Assembly (NCBI GenBank): GCA_963674595.2
Contig: CAXXFV010000016.1
Span: 32,001 to 96,000, forward strand
Source: a bacterium
GTDB lineage: Bacteria; Zhuqueibacterota; Zhuqueibacteria; Residuimicrobiales; Krinioviventaceae
Length of the DNA stretch: 64,000 bases
Reading direction: 5' to 3'
Positions within the stretch are counted from its first letter, which is position 1. Every line of letters starts with the position of its first letter. Under the pieces are notes generated by a model. That model ran no database searches, was not told where the DNA came from, and saw nothing but the letters and a program-made list of their open reading frames with translations. Positions 19,791 to 29,207 of this stretch are shown here, one piece after another. A program made the translations under genes and the position numbers.

Positions 19791-22433
19791 CTATTTAATA
19801 AATATCATCTTGCGTGTAAAAGTGTTACCCGGTGAATCCATGCGATAGAGATATGTTCCGGCGCTGACAGTTAGTCCATAATTGTCCCGGCCGTCCCACA
19901 CAAGTTTGTGATAACCGGTACCAAATTTTCCGCTTGCCAGTGTTCTGACATGTACACCACGAATATCATAAATATTAATGGTTACTTCTGCGGCTGTTGG
20001 TACGGCAAACTCTATAACCGTTGTTGGGTTAAATGGATTCGGATAGTTTTGCGACAATGCAAAAGCTTTTGGAACTGCTCCGTTCTGAGAATCTACAGAT
20101 GTTACTGCAATGGATGTTTCATCTGAAAGCTCACTTTGGTTACCGGAAAAGTCAAAAGCCGAAATCTTGTAGTAATAGGTCTGGCTTTGATCTGTTTCTG
20201 CGTCAAAATAGGATGTTCCTGTGAGTGTAGCAATTCTGTTTTCATCGGTGGCGGCAAAGCCCGGGGCCGTTCCGCGATAGACTGCAAAATAATTAAAGTC
20301 TTCATCAACAGGATCATTCCATGAAAGTTTAACATCTGTTCCACCGACAAGTTCAGCAACAAGGCCGTCCGGCGCCATTGGTACAAGGTTATCAACAGAA
20401 TAACCGGCTCCCGGTTGTGATTCATGTCTGGTACCGCCTTGAGTTACAGCAACAACCATGAAATTTGTTAAGGCAGTTCCGCTTGCTGTAGAGTCGTAAA
20501 CTGTCGGTACGACCAAAGCATAACGGTTGCTGCCGTCTGCTGTTGTTTCTCCGACGTCTGTCCAGTCAGCCTCACCATCCTGGCGTTTTACTTTATAAAC
20601 AGCTACCGGGTCAATGGCAATACCGTCATCTACAAATTTATCCCAAATAATGCGAACTTTTTTACCCTGATCATTTGGTACATCTTCAATGGCAACAATT
20701 TCACCATCAATAGCATTGTTTTTCAGCGCTTGAATGCTTGTTTTGAGAAGAGCTACAGTAAATGCGGGATTATGAATGCCATAACTATGATCATAATAAA
20801 CCATTCGATGGTTAAAACCTGCTTTTAATTCTGTTTTGGTCCAGGTTTCATCTACATCGGCATGGGGGTCTGCATCCGGTAACAATCCACTGAGGATGTC
20901 CATCAAACCATGAACTTCTTCCTGAAGACCTTCCGCTACACCATCTCCATCATGGTCGGCATTGCCGTTGGCATAGTATTTCTTTTCACTAAAAGAATCA
21001 CCAACGTCACCGTGGCAGTCTTTACAGGAAGCCACATTATCAACGCTATCCAGGCTGACCATTGAAAAGGAATGCATTCCGGCAGATGTTAAATTACCAT
21101 CAGCATCATGTTCACCATGAGAACCATCTTCATACATATGACAGGTCGCACAGGCATTTCCTGTTGCTTCCAGGTGAGGCGATGAGGGTAGTGTTTTTCC
21201 AAATGTTGCAACATTTGTTGCCAGCAGCATATCAGCTTGCGGTGCATAATGAGGACCGTAATGGCCGGATGGTGCATTGGTGTACGTTGCCGCATTTTGC
21301 CGGCTTTGGTGACAGTTCATACATATAGCTCCGGTTCCGGCGCCGCTGACTTGCTGGTTGTTGGATAAAGTTGCGGTCATTGTTCGAAGTTGAAAAGTAT
21401 TTTCTGCCGAGTGCGGATCGTGGCAAACAGCACATGTGATGTTAATATGAGATTGAGTTGTAATTGTTTCACCTTCAACAAATTGAACAAACTGAGCGCC
21501 GTTATGACAACCATTGCAGGTGGTACGCGTACCGCCTGGATAGGTTGGAATGCGTGAATGTGGGGATTCTTTCCATTGTGCCGGATATACATGGTAATGA
21601 TTATCATCATGACAAACAGCACAGGCTTCTTCAGCCAAAGTTGCGACCATTTTATTGTCCGCTGTGCGGCCATAGTGGGCGCTACCGGGACCGTGACATG
21701 ATTCACACTGAATTCGTGCCAGTTTCATTGAATTTGGATAGGTTGCTACAAGATTGTCCCATGTTTCGGCAGCGATGGTAGCCGGGAATACCCATGCAGA
21801 ATCTACACCGGCTATTCGTTGTGTACGGTCATCAAATCCCTGGTTGTCGGCAAATTCATCGTACCCGGTTGAATGACATTTAACACAGGATAACGAATAA
21901 TGGCCGCCGGGAGTTGTTAGTTGAGTTTCCATTATGGAATAGTGTCCGGTTTGTTCCCATTCTGCGGCTTTTTCCTGGTGACACATGCCACAAGCCCCAT
22001 CTTCAATGCCAACATAGGTGCCGGCATTAATTGTTAAAGAATCTGATAATTCGCCATCTGTAAATACGATGACATACGTTCCAACAAGGTCCGGGGCAAA
22101 TACAGCGACCTGGGTTGAATCATCCAGGTTTACTATGGGATCAATAGCCGACTCTGACCAGGATGGTGCTGATGCGATAGTCCATGTTGGTGCTATCATG
22201 GCACCAGCAGTAATCTGTGCTTTAAAATACATTTGTGTTTCTATACCTACATTTAAAAGCGCATTGTAAGGACGATCAAAAACACCAACATATTCCGGAT
22301 TGCCCACTGTATCCGCCAAAGATTCTGCAGTTGATATACCTACAGGCCCAAAAGATAAAGTTTGTCCAAAAGATATTGTACTTGCTAATAATAATGCAAA
22401 AATAACCAATATGACCTTTTTCATGGTATCCAT
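19791..22433 (-). CDS. Nonaheme c-type cytochrome with Ig/Fn3-like domains and T9SS/FlgD-like C-terminal sorting domain
   Basis: Signal peptide; 9 CxxCH (CGMCH, CVKCH, CESCH, CAVCH, CNGCH, CAVCH, CMNCH, CATCH, CKDCH); c552-like DHSYGIHN helix; Fn3 (LSWN...YYYKISAFD..GNQS); QNYPNPFNP...KMIFIK tail. Confidence 0.9.
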   Translation of the reverse strand: MDTMKKVILVIFALLLASTISFGQTLSFGPVGISTAESLADTVGNPEYVGVFDRPYNALLNVGIETQMYFKAQITAGAMIAPTWTIASAPSWSESAIDPIVNLDDSTQVAVFAPDLVGTYVIVFTDGELSDSLTINAGTYVGIEDGACGMCHQEKAAEWEQTGHYSIMETQLTTPGGHYSLSCVKCHSTGYDEFADNQGFDDRTQRIAGVDSAWVFPATIAAETWDNLVATYPNSMKLARIQCESCHGPGSAHYGRTADNKMVATLAEEACAVCHDDNHYHVYPAQWKESPHSRIPTYPGGTRTTCNGCHNGAQFVQFVEGETITTQSHINITCAVCHDPHSAENTFQLRTMTATLSNNQQVSGAGTGAICMNCHQSRQNAATYTNAPSGHYGPHYAPQADMLLATNVATFGKTLPSSPHLEATGNACATCHMYEDGSHGEHDADGNLTSAGMHSFSMVSLDSVDNVASCKDCHGDVGDSFSEKKYYANGNADHDGDGVAEGLQEEVHGLMDILSGLLPDADPHADVDETWTKTELKAGFNHRMVYYDHSYGIHNPAFTVALLKTSIQALKNNAIDGEIVAIEDVPNDQGKKVRIIWDKFVDDGIAIDPVAVYKVKRQDGEADWTDVGETTADGSNRYALVVPTVYDSTASGTALTNFMVVAVTQGGTRHESQPGAGYSVDNLVPMAPDGLVAELVGGTDVKLSWNDPVDEDFNYFAVYRGTAPGFAATDENRIATLTGTSYFDAETDQSQTYYYKISAFDFSGNQSELSDETSIAVTSVDSQNGAVPKAFALSQNYPNPFNPTTVIEFAVPTAAEVTINIYDIRGVHVRTLASGKFGTGYHKLVWDGRDNYGLTVSAGTYLYRMDSPGNTFTRKMIFIK

Positions 22434-22515
22434 ACCTCCTCGGTTAAATGATACGTTGATTAGGTAAAAATATGTGAAATCATCACCTCCTTGTCATTCT
22501 TTCAGTTTATTTAAA

Positions 22516-22568
22516 AACCTATATTGTCTGATATAGGTTATTATATAATATTTGTAGGGGGAAGTCAA
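22516..22568 (-). promoter_or_regulatory. sigma70 promoter with overlapping palindromic operator
   Basis: Minus strand TTGACT (22568-22563)-17 nt-TATAAT (22545-22540), immediately followed by the palindrome AACCTATAT-N6-ATATAGGTT (22516-22539). Confidence 0.75.
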
Positions 22569-22724
22569 GAAAATTCTAAAATATTTTTTTCATAAAGCCT
22601 TATTTTTCTTAAATTTTATTTCGTTTTTGCGAACTATTAGTAAAAATTTTATCTTTATTAAAAGAGTATTTTGAATTAAAAACATTTTTTTTAAATTAAA
22701 CTAGTTTTTACCGGAGATTTTATA

Positions 22725-23180
22725 ATGTCTGAATTGAATGTAGATGATATTCTCAAGCCAATGTATTCCATTGGTTATGCTGCAAAAAAACTGGGCGTAG
22801 CTGTTCCAACATTACGTATGTATGAAAATGCGGGACTGATCATACCATTTCGTACGGAAACAAATCGAAGACTTTATTCTTATCATGATATTAAACATTT
22901 GCAAGTTATTATTGAACTTGTTCGAAATCATGGGTTAAATTTAGAAGGTATTAAAAGACTCGCAGCTTTAATTCCCTGCTGGCATATTCAAAAATGTTCA
23001 ATTGAAGATTGTGCAAGTTGCCAGGCTTATTCCAATTGCTGCGAACCCTGTTGGCAAAGTAAAAACAATTCTTGTAAACACCCAAATACTGATTGTCGTA
23101 ACTGCCAGGTTTATATTTCCAGTCAGGAAAATTTAAAAAACCCGAAACTCATCCTGCAAAAATTCTTTCACAAAAAATAG
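22725..23180 (+). CDS. MerR-family (HspR-like) regulator with Cys-rich two-CW C-terminal domain
   Basis: YSIG.AAK.LGV...TLRMYE..GLI.P.R...NRRLYS HTH; the C-terminus has 10 Cys including two CW motifs. Confidence 0.88.
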   Translation: MSELNVDDILKPMYSIGYAAKKLGVAVPTLRMYENAGLIIPFRTETNRRLYSYHDIKHLQVIIELVRNHGLNLEGIKRLAALIPCWHIQKCSIEDCASCQAYSNCCEPCWQSKNNSCKHPNTDCRNCQVYISSQENLKNPKLILQKFFHKK

Positions 23181-23362
23181 ACATCTAATATTAATAACTG
23201 TTTTTGCGTTAGTTTAAATTTTTTTTCAAATGTTCGCTTTTAAATTATTTATCTAGTTTGTATTATTAATTATGTGAACCTTTGGGAGAATTTTAATTGC
23301 TTCACCATTCTCCGGATAAAAATCTGGCAAGAGTATAATTGATTATTTAGAGGAGAACTTTT

Positions 23363-24871
23363 ATGAAGCTCAGATTACCGCATTCTTTTTATAATCCAAT
23401 TTCTTACGCAGGAGCGGCCATTGCCGTTATTGCCATATTCATGTTTGTGTTTTTATATGTTCTTTCGTCCCTCACGGCATTCGACAAAGCCTATGTGGGA
23501 ATTGTTATCTTTATTGCTATTCCTGCATTTATCATTCTCGGTCTTTTACTCATTCCATTTGGAATGATCTTGAAAATACGCAAACAAAAAAAACAAGGCG
23601 AAGCAGAGGGTGATGACTTTCCGATTTTAAACTTGAATCTAAAAAGACATCGTAATGCTACATTTATTTTTACAATCGGAACTACGCTATTTTTGTTTTT
23701 ATCTGCTTTGGGAAGTTATGAAGCCTATCATTATACGGAATCCGTCAAGTTTTGCGGGACATTATGCCACGACTTGATGATTCCCGAATATACAGCCTAC
23801 CAGGAATCACCCCATGCCCGTGTAACCTGTGCGGAATGTCATGTGGGAGAGGGGGCCAATTGGTATGTGAAATCCAAATTAAGCGGATTGTATCAGGTAT
23901 ATGCGGCCCTTGCCAATGTCTATCCACGACCCATTCCGACGCCGGTTAAGAATTTACGTCCGGCCCGAGAAACTTGTGAAGAATGCCACTGGCCGCAAAA
24001 GGTATATGGTAAACAACAACGCAAAGAAATTTATTATCTACCTGATGAAGAAAACACCCGCTGGGAAATTGATATGCTGATGAATACTGGCGGCGGCAAT
24101 CCGGCGTTGGGACAAAGTTCAGGTATTCACTGGCATATTAATCAGAATATTAAAATAGAATATTTTACTAATGACGAGAAAAGGTCATCAATTAATCGTG
24201 TTGTTATGACGGATTTGGCAAGCGGTGAAAAAAAAGTCTATGATAATGAAATGGAACCTTTTGATGAGTCCGGTGAAACAGTTTATGAGAATAGAACAAT
24301 GGATTGTATTGATTGCCATAATCGTCCCAGTCATGTTTATCGTGACCCTAATAGATTTGTAAATGTTGCTATTGCTTCGGGTAATATCAGCTCCGAAATT
24401 CCGATGATAAAGCAGGCGGCTATTGAAGCTTGTATGGAAGACTATGAATCAACTCCGGATGCTTTTACGGGAATAGAAAAGCATGTTCTTGCGTTTTATG
24501 AAGACAATTATCCAGATATTGTCAATGAAAAAAAGGAATTGCTGGAAAAATCAATTGCCGGTATTCAGGATGCCTATTCAAAAAATATATTTCCGGAAAT
24601 GAATGTAAAATGGGAATTTTATCCGGACCATATCGGACACATGACCAGCATTGGTTGTTTTCGCTGTCATGATGGTATGCACAGCACGCAGGATGGTCAG
24701 ATTATTTCCCATGGATGTAATGACTGTCATCTCATTTCCAGTCAGGGTCAAGCCGGGCAGATTGTGAGCGCCAGTGCAGACCAGTCTCTTGAATTTAAGC
24801 ATCCCATCGATATTGGCGAAGAATGGAAGTCGACAGGTTGTTATGAATGTCATGTCGTGCCGCCGCTATAG
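23363..24871 (+). CDS. NapC/NirT-family inner-membrane multiheme cytochrome, ImcH-like (7 hemes)
   Basis: Three N-terminal TM helices; TES..FCGTLCH..M.PEY..Y..SPH..V.CAECH NapC/NirT signature; further CEECH, CIDCH, CFRCH, CNDCH, CYECH. Confidence 0.85.
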   Translation: MKLRLPHSFYNPISYAGAAIAVIAIFMFVFLYVLSSLTAFDKAYVGIVIFIAIPAFIILGLLLIPFGMILKIRKQKKQGEAEGDDFPILNLNLKRHRNATFIFTIGTTLFLFLSALGSYEAYHYTESVKFCGTLCHDLMIPEYTAYQESPHARVTCAECHVGEGANWYVKSKLSGLYQVYAALANVYPRPIPTPVKNLRPARETCEECHWPQKVYGKQQRKEIYYLPDEENTRWEIDMLMNTGGGNPALGQSSGIHWHINQNIKIEYFTNDEKRSSINRVVMTDLASGEKKVYDNEMEPFDESGETVYENRTMDCIDCHNRPSHVYRDPNRFVNVAIASGNISSEIPMIKQAAIEACMEDYESTPDAFTGIEKHVLAFYEDNYPDIVNEKKELLEKSIAGIQDAYSKNIFPEMNVKWEFYPDHIGHMTSIGCFRCHDGMHSTQDGQIISHGCNDCHLISSQGQAGQIVSASADQSLEFKHPIDIGEEWKSTGCYECHVVPPL

Positions 24872-24968
24872 GATTTGTTTACAAGAATCGTTTTCTGTTG
24901 CGCCTTTTTTAGAGATTGATTATATTTTTTGACAATGTTTATCGAATGCATTTATTCAGAACGGGATT

Positions 24969-26915
24969 ATGATTGTGACATATATTGGTTTTCAGGCGTT
25001 GAACATAGCTCTTGTTTTTGCCGCATTCTCGACTATAGTCTATTTTATAGGGGGACGTTTCCAGTCAGAGCGTTTTCTAAAAAGCGCCCAAAGGGGGGTG
25101 TATGTTATATTTGCTATGGTTTTGCTGGGATCACTGGCATTATTATATGCTTTGTTCGCAAGAGATTTTAGCATTGAATATGTTGCCCATTATTCCAATC
25201 GTTCGTTATCATGGTTTTATACGGCTGCCGCATTTTGGGCCGGTCAAGCCGGTTCTTTGCTGTTATGGGCTTTGTTATTGTCTTTATTTGCGGTTATCGT
25301 ATTGAGGCAAAACAAACACTCCGTTCTTTTGCCGTATACTATGGGCGTGATTAATTTTACCACTTTTTTCTTTTTATACCTGCTTGTTTTTAAAACCAAT
25401 CCTTTTCAAAAACTTGCAATTGTACCGCCGGATGGAAACGGACTGAATCCATTGCTTCAAAACCCGGGAATGATTTTTCATCCGCCTTCATTATACATCG
25501 GTTTTGTCGGTTTTACGGTTCCCTTTGCTTTTGCTGTTGCCGCACTTTTAACAAAAAATCTTGATGACCAGTGGGTTAAAAAAATCCGGATGTGGACCTT
25601 GTTCTCCTGGTTGTTTTTAACCGTTGGAAATATATTGGGTATGCAGTGGGCCTATGTGGAACTGGGATGGGGAGGCTATTGGGCCTGGGACCCTGTTGAA
25701 AATTCTTCGTTGCTGCCGTGGCTCACCGGGACTGCTTTTCTGCATTCGGTTATTGTTCAGGAACGCCGGGGTATGTTGAAAATATGGAATATTTCACTGG
25801 TTACACTGACGTTTGCATTAACGATATTCGGAACTTTTGTTACCCGTAGCGGGCTTATTTCCTCGGTTCATGCGTTTGGTGTTTCAGATATGGGACCCTT
25901 GTTTCTTGGTTTTTTAGCACTCATTCTACTTGTTTCTTTTTATCTTTTGTTCCTTAGAAAAGATTTATTAAAGAATAAAAGAGAACTGGGTTCCTGGACA
26001 TCGAAAGAATCGAGTTTTTTGCTCAATAATCTGTTTTTTGTGGCCCTGACGTTGGGCGTGTTTTTGGGTACGATTATGCCCACACTTTCCGAGCTGGTTC
26101 GTGGTGAAAAGATGACGGTCAGTATTGAATTTTTTAACAAAATGGCAACGCCCGTAGGTCTGTCTATATTTTTTCTTATTGGTGTGTGCACCCTGTTTTC
26201 GTGGGGAAAGACCAGTTTGCAAAAATTAACGAAAAATTTAATCGCTCCCGGTTTGATCACGGTGGCTTTTATACTGTTTTTGTTTTTTATCGGAATTCGC
26301 AAGGTTTTACCGCTCATGGCGCTGGGTATTGTTGTTTTTGCAACATTAACGACAATTATCGATTATGTTCGGGGAGTTTGGGTAAAAAAGAAAACAGGCA
26401 AGCGTTCTTTCCTGTCGTCACTGTTATTTTTGATATTAAACAATAAAAGACGTTACGGCGGATATATCGTGCATTTGGGAGCCTTGATGTTTTTATTGGG
26501 TATCATCGGTTCTTCGGCTTTTTCAATTGAAGAAACAAAGACGCTGAAAAAAGGTGAAAGCTTGCAGGTTAAAAAATATAAACTGGTTTATAAAGGTATT
26601 GTTGGAAATCAGGAAAAGGGATACCTTATTGATGCGGCTGTTTTTGATTTGTATAAAAACGAAAAACCAATTGGTGAAATAAAAGCTGAAAAACACCTTC
26701 ACCCTAATTTCCAACCGGCAACAGAAGTTGGTATCCGTTCTACATTGATAGAAGATTTGTATGTTATTTTGGCAAATTATGATAAACAAAGTCAGTTGGC
26801 CACCATCAGTGTTATGGTAAATCCATTGGTGCTTTGGATATGGATCGGCGGCATTGTTATGGTTTTAGGTACATTTATTTCATTATCACCGACGTTAAAA
26901 AAGAAAACGAACTAA
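24969..26915 (+). CDS. ccmF: Cytochrome c maturation heme lyase CcmF
   Basis: GLNPLLQ, HPP, WAY.ELGWGGYWAWDPVENSS, SVHAF and YGGYIVHLG motifs. Confidence 0.95.
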   Translation: MIVTYIGFQALNIALVFAAFSTIVYFIGGRFQSERFLKSAQRGVYVIFAMVLLGSLALLYALFARDFSIEYVAHYSNRSLSWFYTAAAFWAGQAGSLLLWALLLSLFAVIVLRQNKHSVLLPYTMGVINFTTFFFLYLLVFKTNPFQKLAIVPPDGNGLNPLLQNPGMIFHPPSLYIGFVGFTVPFAFAVAALLTKNLDDQWVKKIRMWTLFSWLFLTVGNILGMQWAYVELGWGGYWAWDPVENSSLLPWLTGTAFLHSVIVQERRGMLKIWNISLVTLTFALTIFGTFVTRSGLISSVHAFGVSDMGPLFLGFLALILLVSFYLLFLRKDLLKNKRELGSWTSKESSFLLNNLFFVALTLGVFLGTIMPTLSELVRGEKMTVSIEFFNKMATPVGLSIFFLIGVCTLFSWGKTSLQKLTKNLIAPGLITVAFILFLFFIGIRKVLPLMALGIVVFATLTTIIDYVRGVWVKKKTGKRSFLSSLLFLILNNKRRYGGYIVHLGALMFLLGIIGSSAFSIEETKTLKKGESLQVKKYKLVYKGIVGNQEKGYLIDAAVFDLYKNEKPIGEIKAEKHLHPNFQPATEVGIRSTLIEDLYVILANYDKQSQLATISVMVNPLVLWIWIGGIVMVLGTFISLSPTLKKKTN

Positions 26916-27340
26916 TGATGGAAATTTTTGTTTTAATTCTTGTTTTAGGGGTGGTGTTATATGTTATAGCACCTTTATATTCTAAAAAAGAGGTCGTTGT
27001 TGCTCAATCGGCCACAAATAAAAATGTATATACTGATTTTTTACATCAAAAATCCTTTGTTCTGCAAACCATAAACGACCTGGAGTTTGATTATCAAACC
27101 GGTAAATTAACGGAACAGGACCGTGATGAACTGGTCAAAGAACAACAGGAAACATTGGCAACAATAGAAACAAAAATGAAAAAGGTTTCCGGAATTGATT
27201 TGACCAATTTGGAACAACAATTGGAAAAAGAAATTTCAGATGTTAAAGAAAAGCTAAAACCAAAACTGCAATGTTCCTCATGTGGTTTTATTTGTCATCC
27301 CGGAGATAAATTTTGCGCTAACTGTGGTATGAAACTTTAG
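26915..27340 (+). CDS. Membrane-anchored CcmI-N-like protein with C-terminal zinc ribbon
   Basis: Start overlaps the ccmF stop (TAATG); N-terminal TM, DLEFDYQTGKL motif, CSSCG...FCANCG. Confidence 0.7.
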   Translation: MMEIFVLILVLGVVLYVIAPLYSKKEVVVAQSATNKNVYTDFLHQKSFVLQTINDLEFDYQTGKLTEQDRDELVKEQQETLATIETKMKKVSGIDLTNLEQQLEKEISDVKEKLKPKLQCSSCGFICHPGDKFCANCGMKL

Positions 27341-27348
27341 AACGTACT

Positions 27349-28506
27349 ATGAAAAGAAAAGTTGTTTTAAATAGTTTGTTTATTTGCTTGTTGTTTTTTC
27401 AAACAGGTTTGTTTGCTGCTGACATAAGCGGCTATGTTAAAAATGCTTCACGAGACAGTATCGGTGTGCCGTCTCTTACCGTTGGTTTACAGGTATTACA
27501 CGGAGGCGAACAGGCACCCCACGAGGTCCTTTCAACCCAATCCGGTAAAAAGGGATATTTTGTTTTTTCGGATGTCAATTTTGACAGTTCGTCTACTTAT
27601 TTTGTAGCGGTTGATTATCAGGGCGTTCGATATTACAGTAATGGATTTATGGCCGCACATCAGGCTGCAATTCCTGCACAAAATATTATCCTGTTTGATT
27701 CTACTCAATCCACAAATATGGTGAGTGCGGTTATGCACCATCTTATTATTGATGATCTCGGCGATGCTGCCAGTTTCAGGGAAACCCGGGTGATGAACAA
27801 TCCGACAAATTTTGCCGTAACAAATGCAATTAAAGATAGTATTGTCGGTGATGCTATATTTAAATTTCAACTTCCGGTTTTGGCCCGAAACGTACAACCG
27901 CTTTCTCAGCGAATGCAGCATGAATTTGTTCAACACGGAAATTTTTTGTTTGATCGGGGCATTGCTCTTCCGGGAAACCGGCAGATTTCCTACGCCTATG
28001 AAATACCCTGGCAAAAATCCGATGCAAATGTATCGCTGGATTTTTCATATATGACGCGAACATTCGATGTTTTTTTAAGTGATGAAAATCTGTCCATAAC
28101 TTCTGCTCAACTTACAGACCAGGGCCCGTTTAATATTCGCGGCACTCAATACAAACGCTATGGCACCGGCCAGATTCCACCGGGAACAAGGATAAAATTT
28201 ACTGTTCATCGGCTTGGCAAGACTAGTTCATTTTCTTCGTTTACCATACTGTTAACAGGTTTTTTGCTGAGCCTTGGAATTGCTTTTGCACTGGTTTTTA
28301 AATCTAAAGAAAATAAAAAATATTCTCCTGTAGATTATAAAAAATTGATACAGGAAAAGAAGGAAATTATCAATAAAATTGCTGAAATGGATTTACAAAG
28401 AAATACATCCGATCCTTTTTACCAATCCGAACGAAAAACCTCGTTGGAACGGCTGATGGAAATTGAGTTAGTACTTGCAAACCATGGTTCTAAAGATAAA
28501 AAATGA
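27349..28506 (+). CDS. Hypothetical exported protein with C-terminal TM helix, within the ccm operon
   Basis: Signal peptide, ISGYVKN beta-sandwich start, late TM helix and coiled tail; overlaps the ccmA start. Confidence 0.6.
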   Translation: MKRKVVLNSLFICLLFFQTGLFAADISGYVKNASRDSIGVPSLTVGLQVLHGGEQAPHEVLSTQSGKKGYFVFSDVNFDSSSTYFVAVDYQGVRYYSNGFMAAHQAAIPAQNIILFDSTQSTNMVSAVMHHLIIDDLGDAASFRETRVMNNPTNFAVTNAIKDSIVGDAIFKFQLPVLARNVQPLSQRMQHEFVQHGNFLFDRGIALPGNRQISYAYEIPWQKSDANVSLDFSYMTRTFDVFLSDENLSITSAQLTDQGPFNIRGTQYKRYGTGQIPPGTRIKFTVHRLGKTSSFSSFTILLTGFLLSLGIAFALVFKSKENKKYSPVDYKKLIQEKKEIINKIAEMDLQRNTSDPFYQSERKTSLERLMEIELVLANHGSKDKK

Positions 28507-29207
28507 TTATAGTCAGGGATATTGAAAAGTCTTTTGGGCCGGCACGGGCACTTGGAGGCGTTTCTTTTCATATTAAAGAGGGAGAATTTACCGGGCTTGT
28601 CGGCATAAACGGTGCCGGTAAAACGACGCTTGTACGCATTCTCGCAGGCTTGTCAAAAGCGACAAAAGGTACTGTTTCCATTGCCGGGTATGATGTTCGT
28701 AAAAATGCCAACGACATTCGTCGTCAAATCGGAGTTATGAGCCATAATATTTTTCTCTATGGTGATCTTTCTGCCGAGGAAAATTTGTATTTTTATGCAA
28801 AAATGTATAATGTAAAAAACGAGCAGGAAAAAATTTCCCTTCTTTTGGAACAGGTTGGTTTGTATAAGAGGCGACATGATCTGGTCCGTAATTTTTCCCG
28901 TGGTATGCAGCAGCGCCTTTCTCTGGCTCGGGCAACTTTGCATGGTCCAAAAATATTACTTTTGGATGAACCTTTTGCCGGGCTGGATGTTAATGCTGAA
29001 AAATTATTAAAGGACTTGCTCGATTCTTTTCGCCAACAGAATTTAACGATATTTATGACAACGCATGATATTGATTTTGCCTGTTCGCAAATAGAACGGT
29101 TGCTGGCTTTAAAAAATGGAATACTGGCATTGGATAGCGCAACATCCGGAATGGAAAAAGAACGCATTTTGACATTATTAACCGATGAGGGGGCGGGCCG
29201 CTCATGA
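28503..29207 (+). CDS. ccmA: Heme exporter ATP-binding subunit CcmA
   Basis: GINGAGKT, FSRGMQQR and LLLDEP motifs; adjacent to ccmB and ccmC. Confidence 0.88.
   Translation: MIIVRDIEKSFGPARALGGVSFHIKEGEFTGLVGINGAGKTTLVRILAGLSKATKGTVSIAGYDVRKNANDIRRQIGVMSHNIFLYGDLSAEENLYFYAKMYNVKNEQEKISLLLEQVGLYKRRHDLVRNFSRGMQQRLSLARATLHGPKILLLDEPFAGLDVNAEKLLKDLLDSFRQQNLTIFMTTHDIDFACSQIERLLALKNGILALDSATSGMEKERILTLLTDEGAGRS

Noticed and set aside
19791-22433. NrfA/octaheme nitrite reductase call
   Set aside because: No CxxCK catalytic heme motif; only a c552-like helical segment is shared.
22440-22500. Tiny upstream ORFs (MTRR, MISHIFT) with a second AGGAGG in the cytochrome leader
   Set aside because: SD-to-start spacing is implausibly short and there is no supporting structure.
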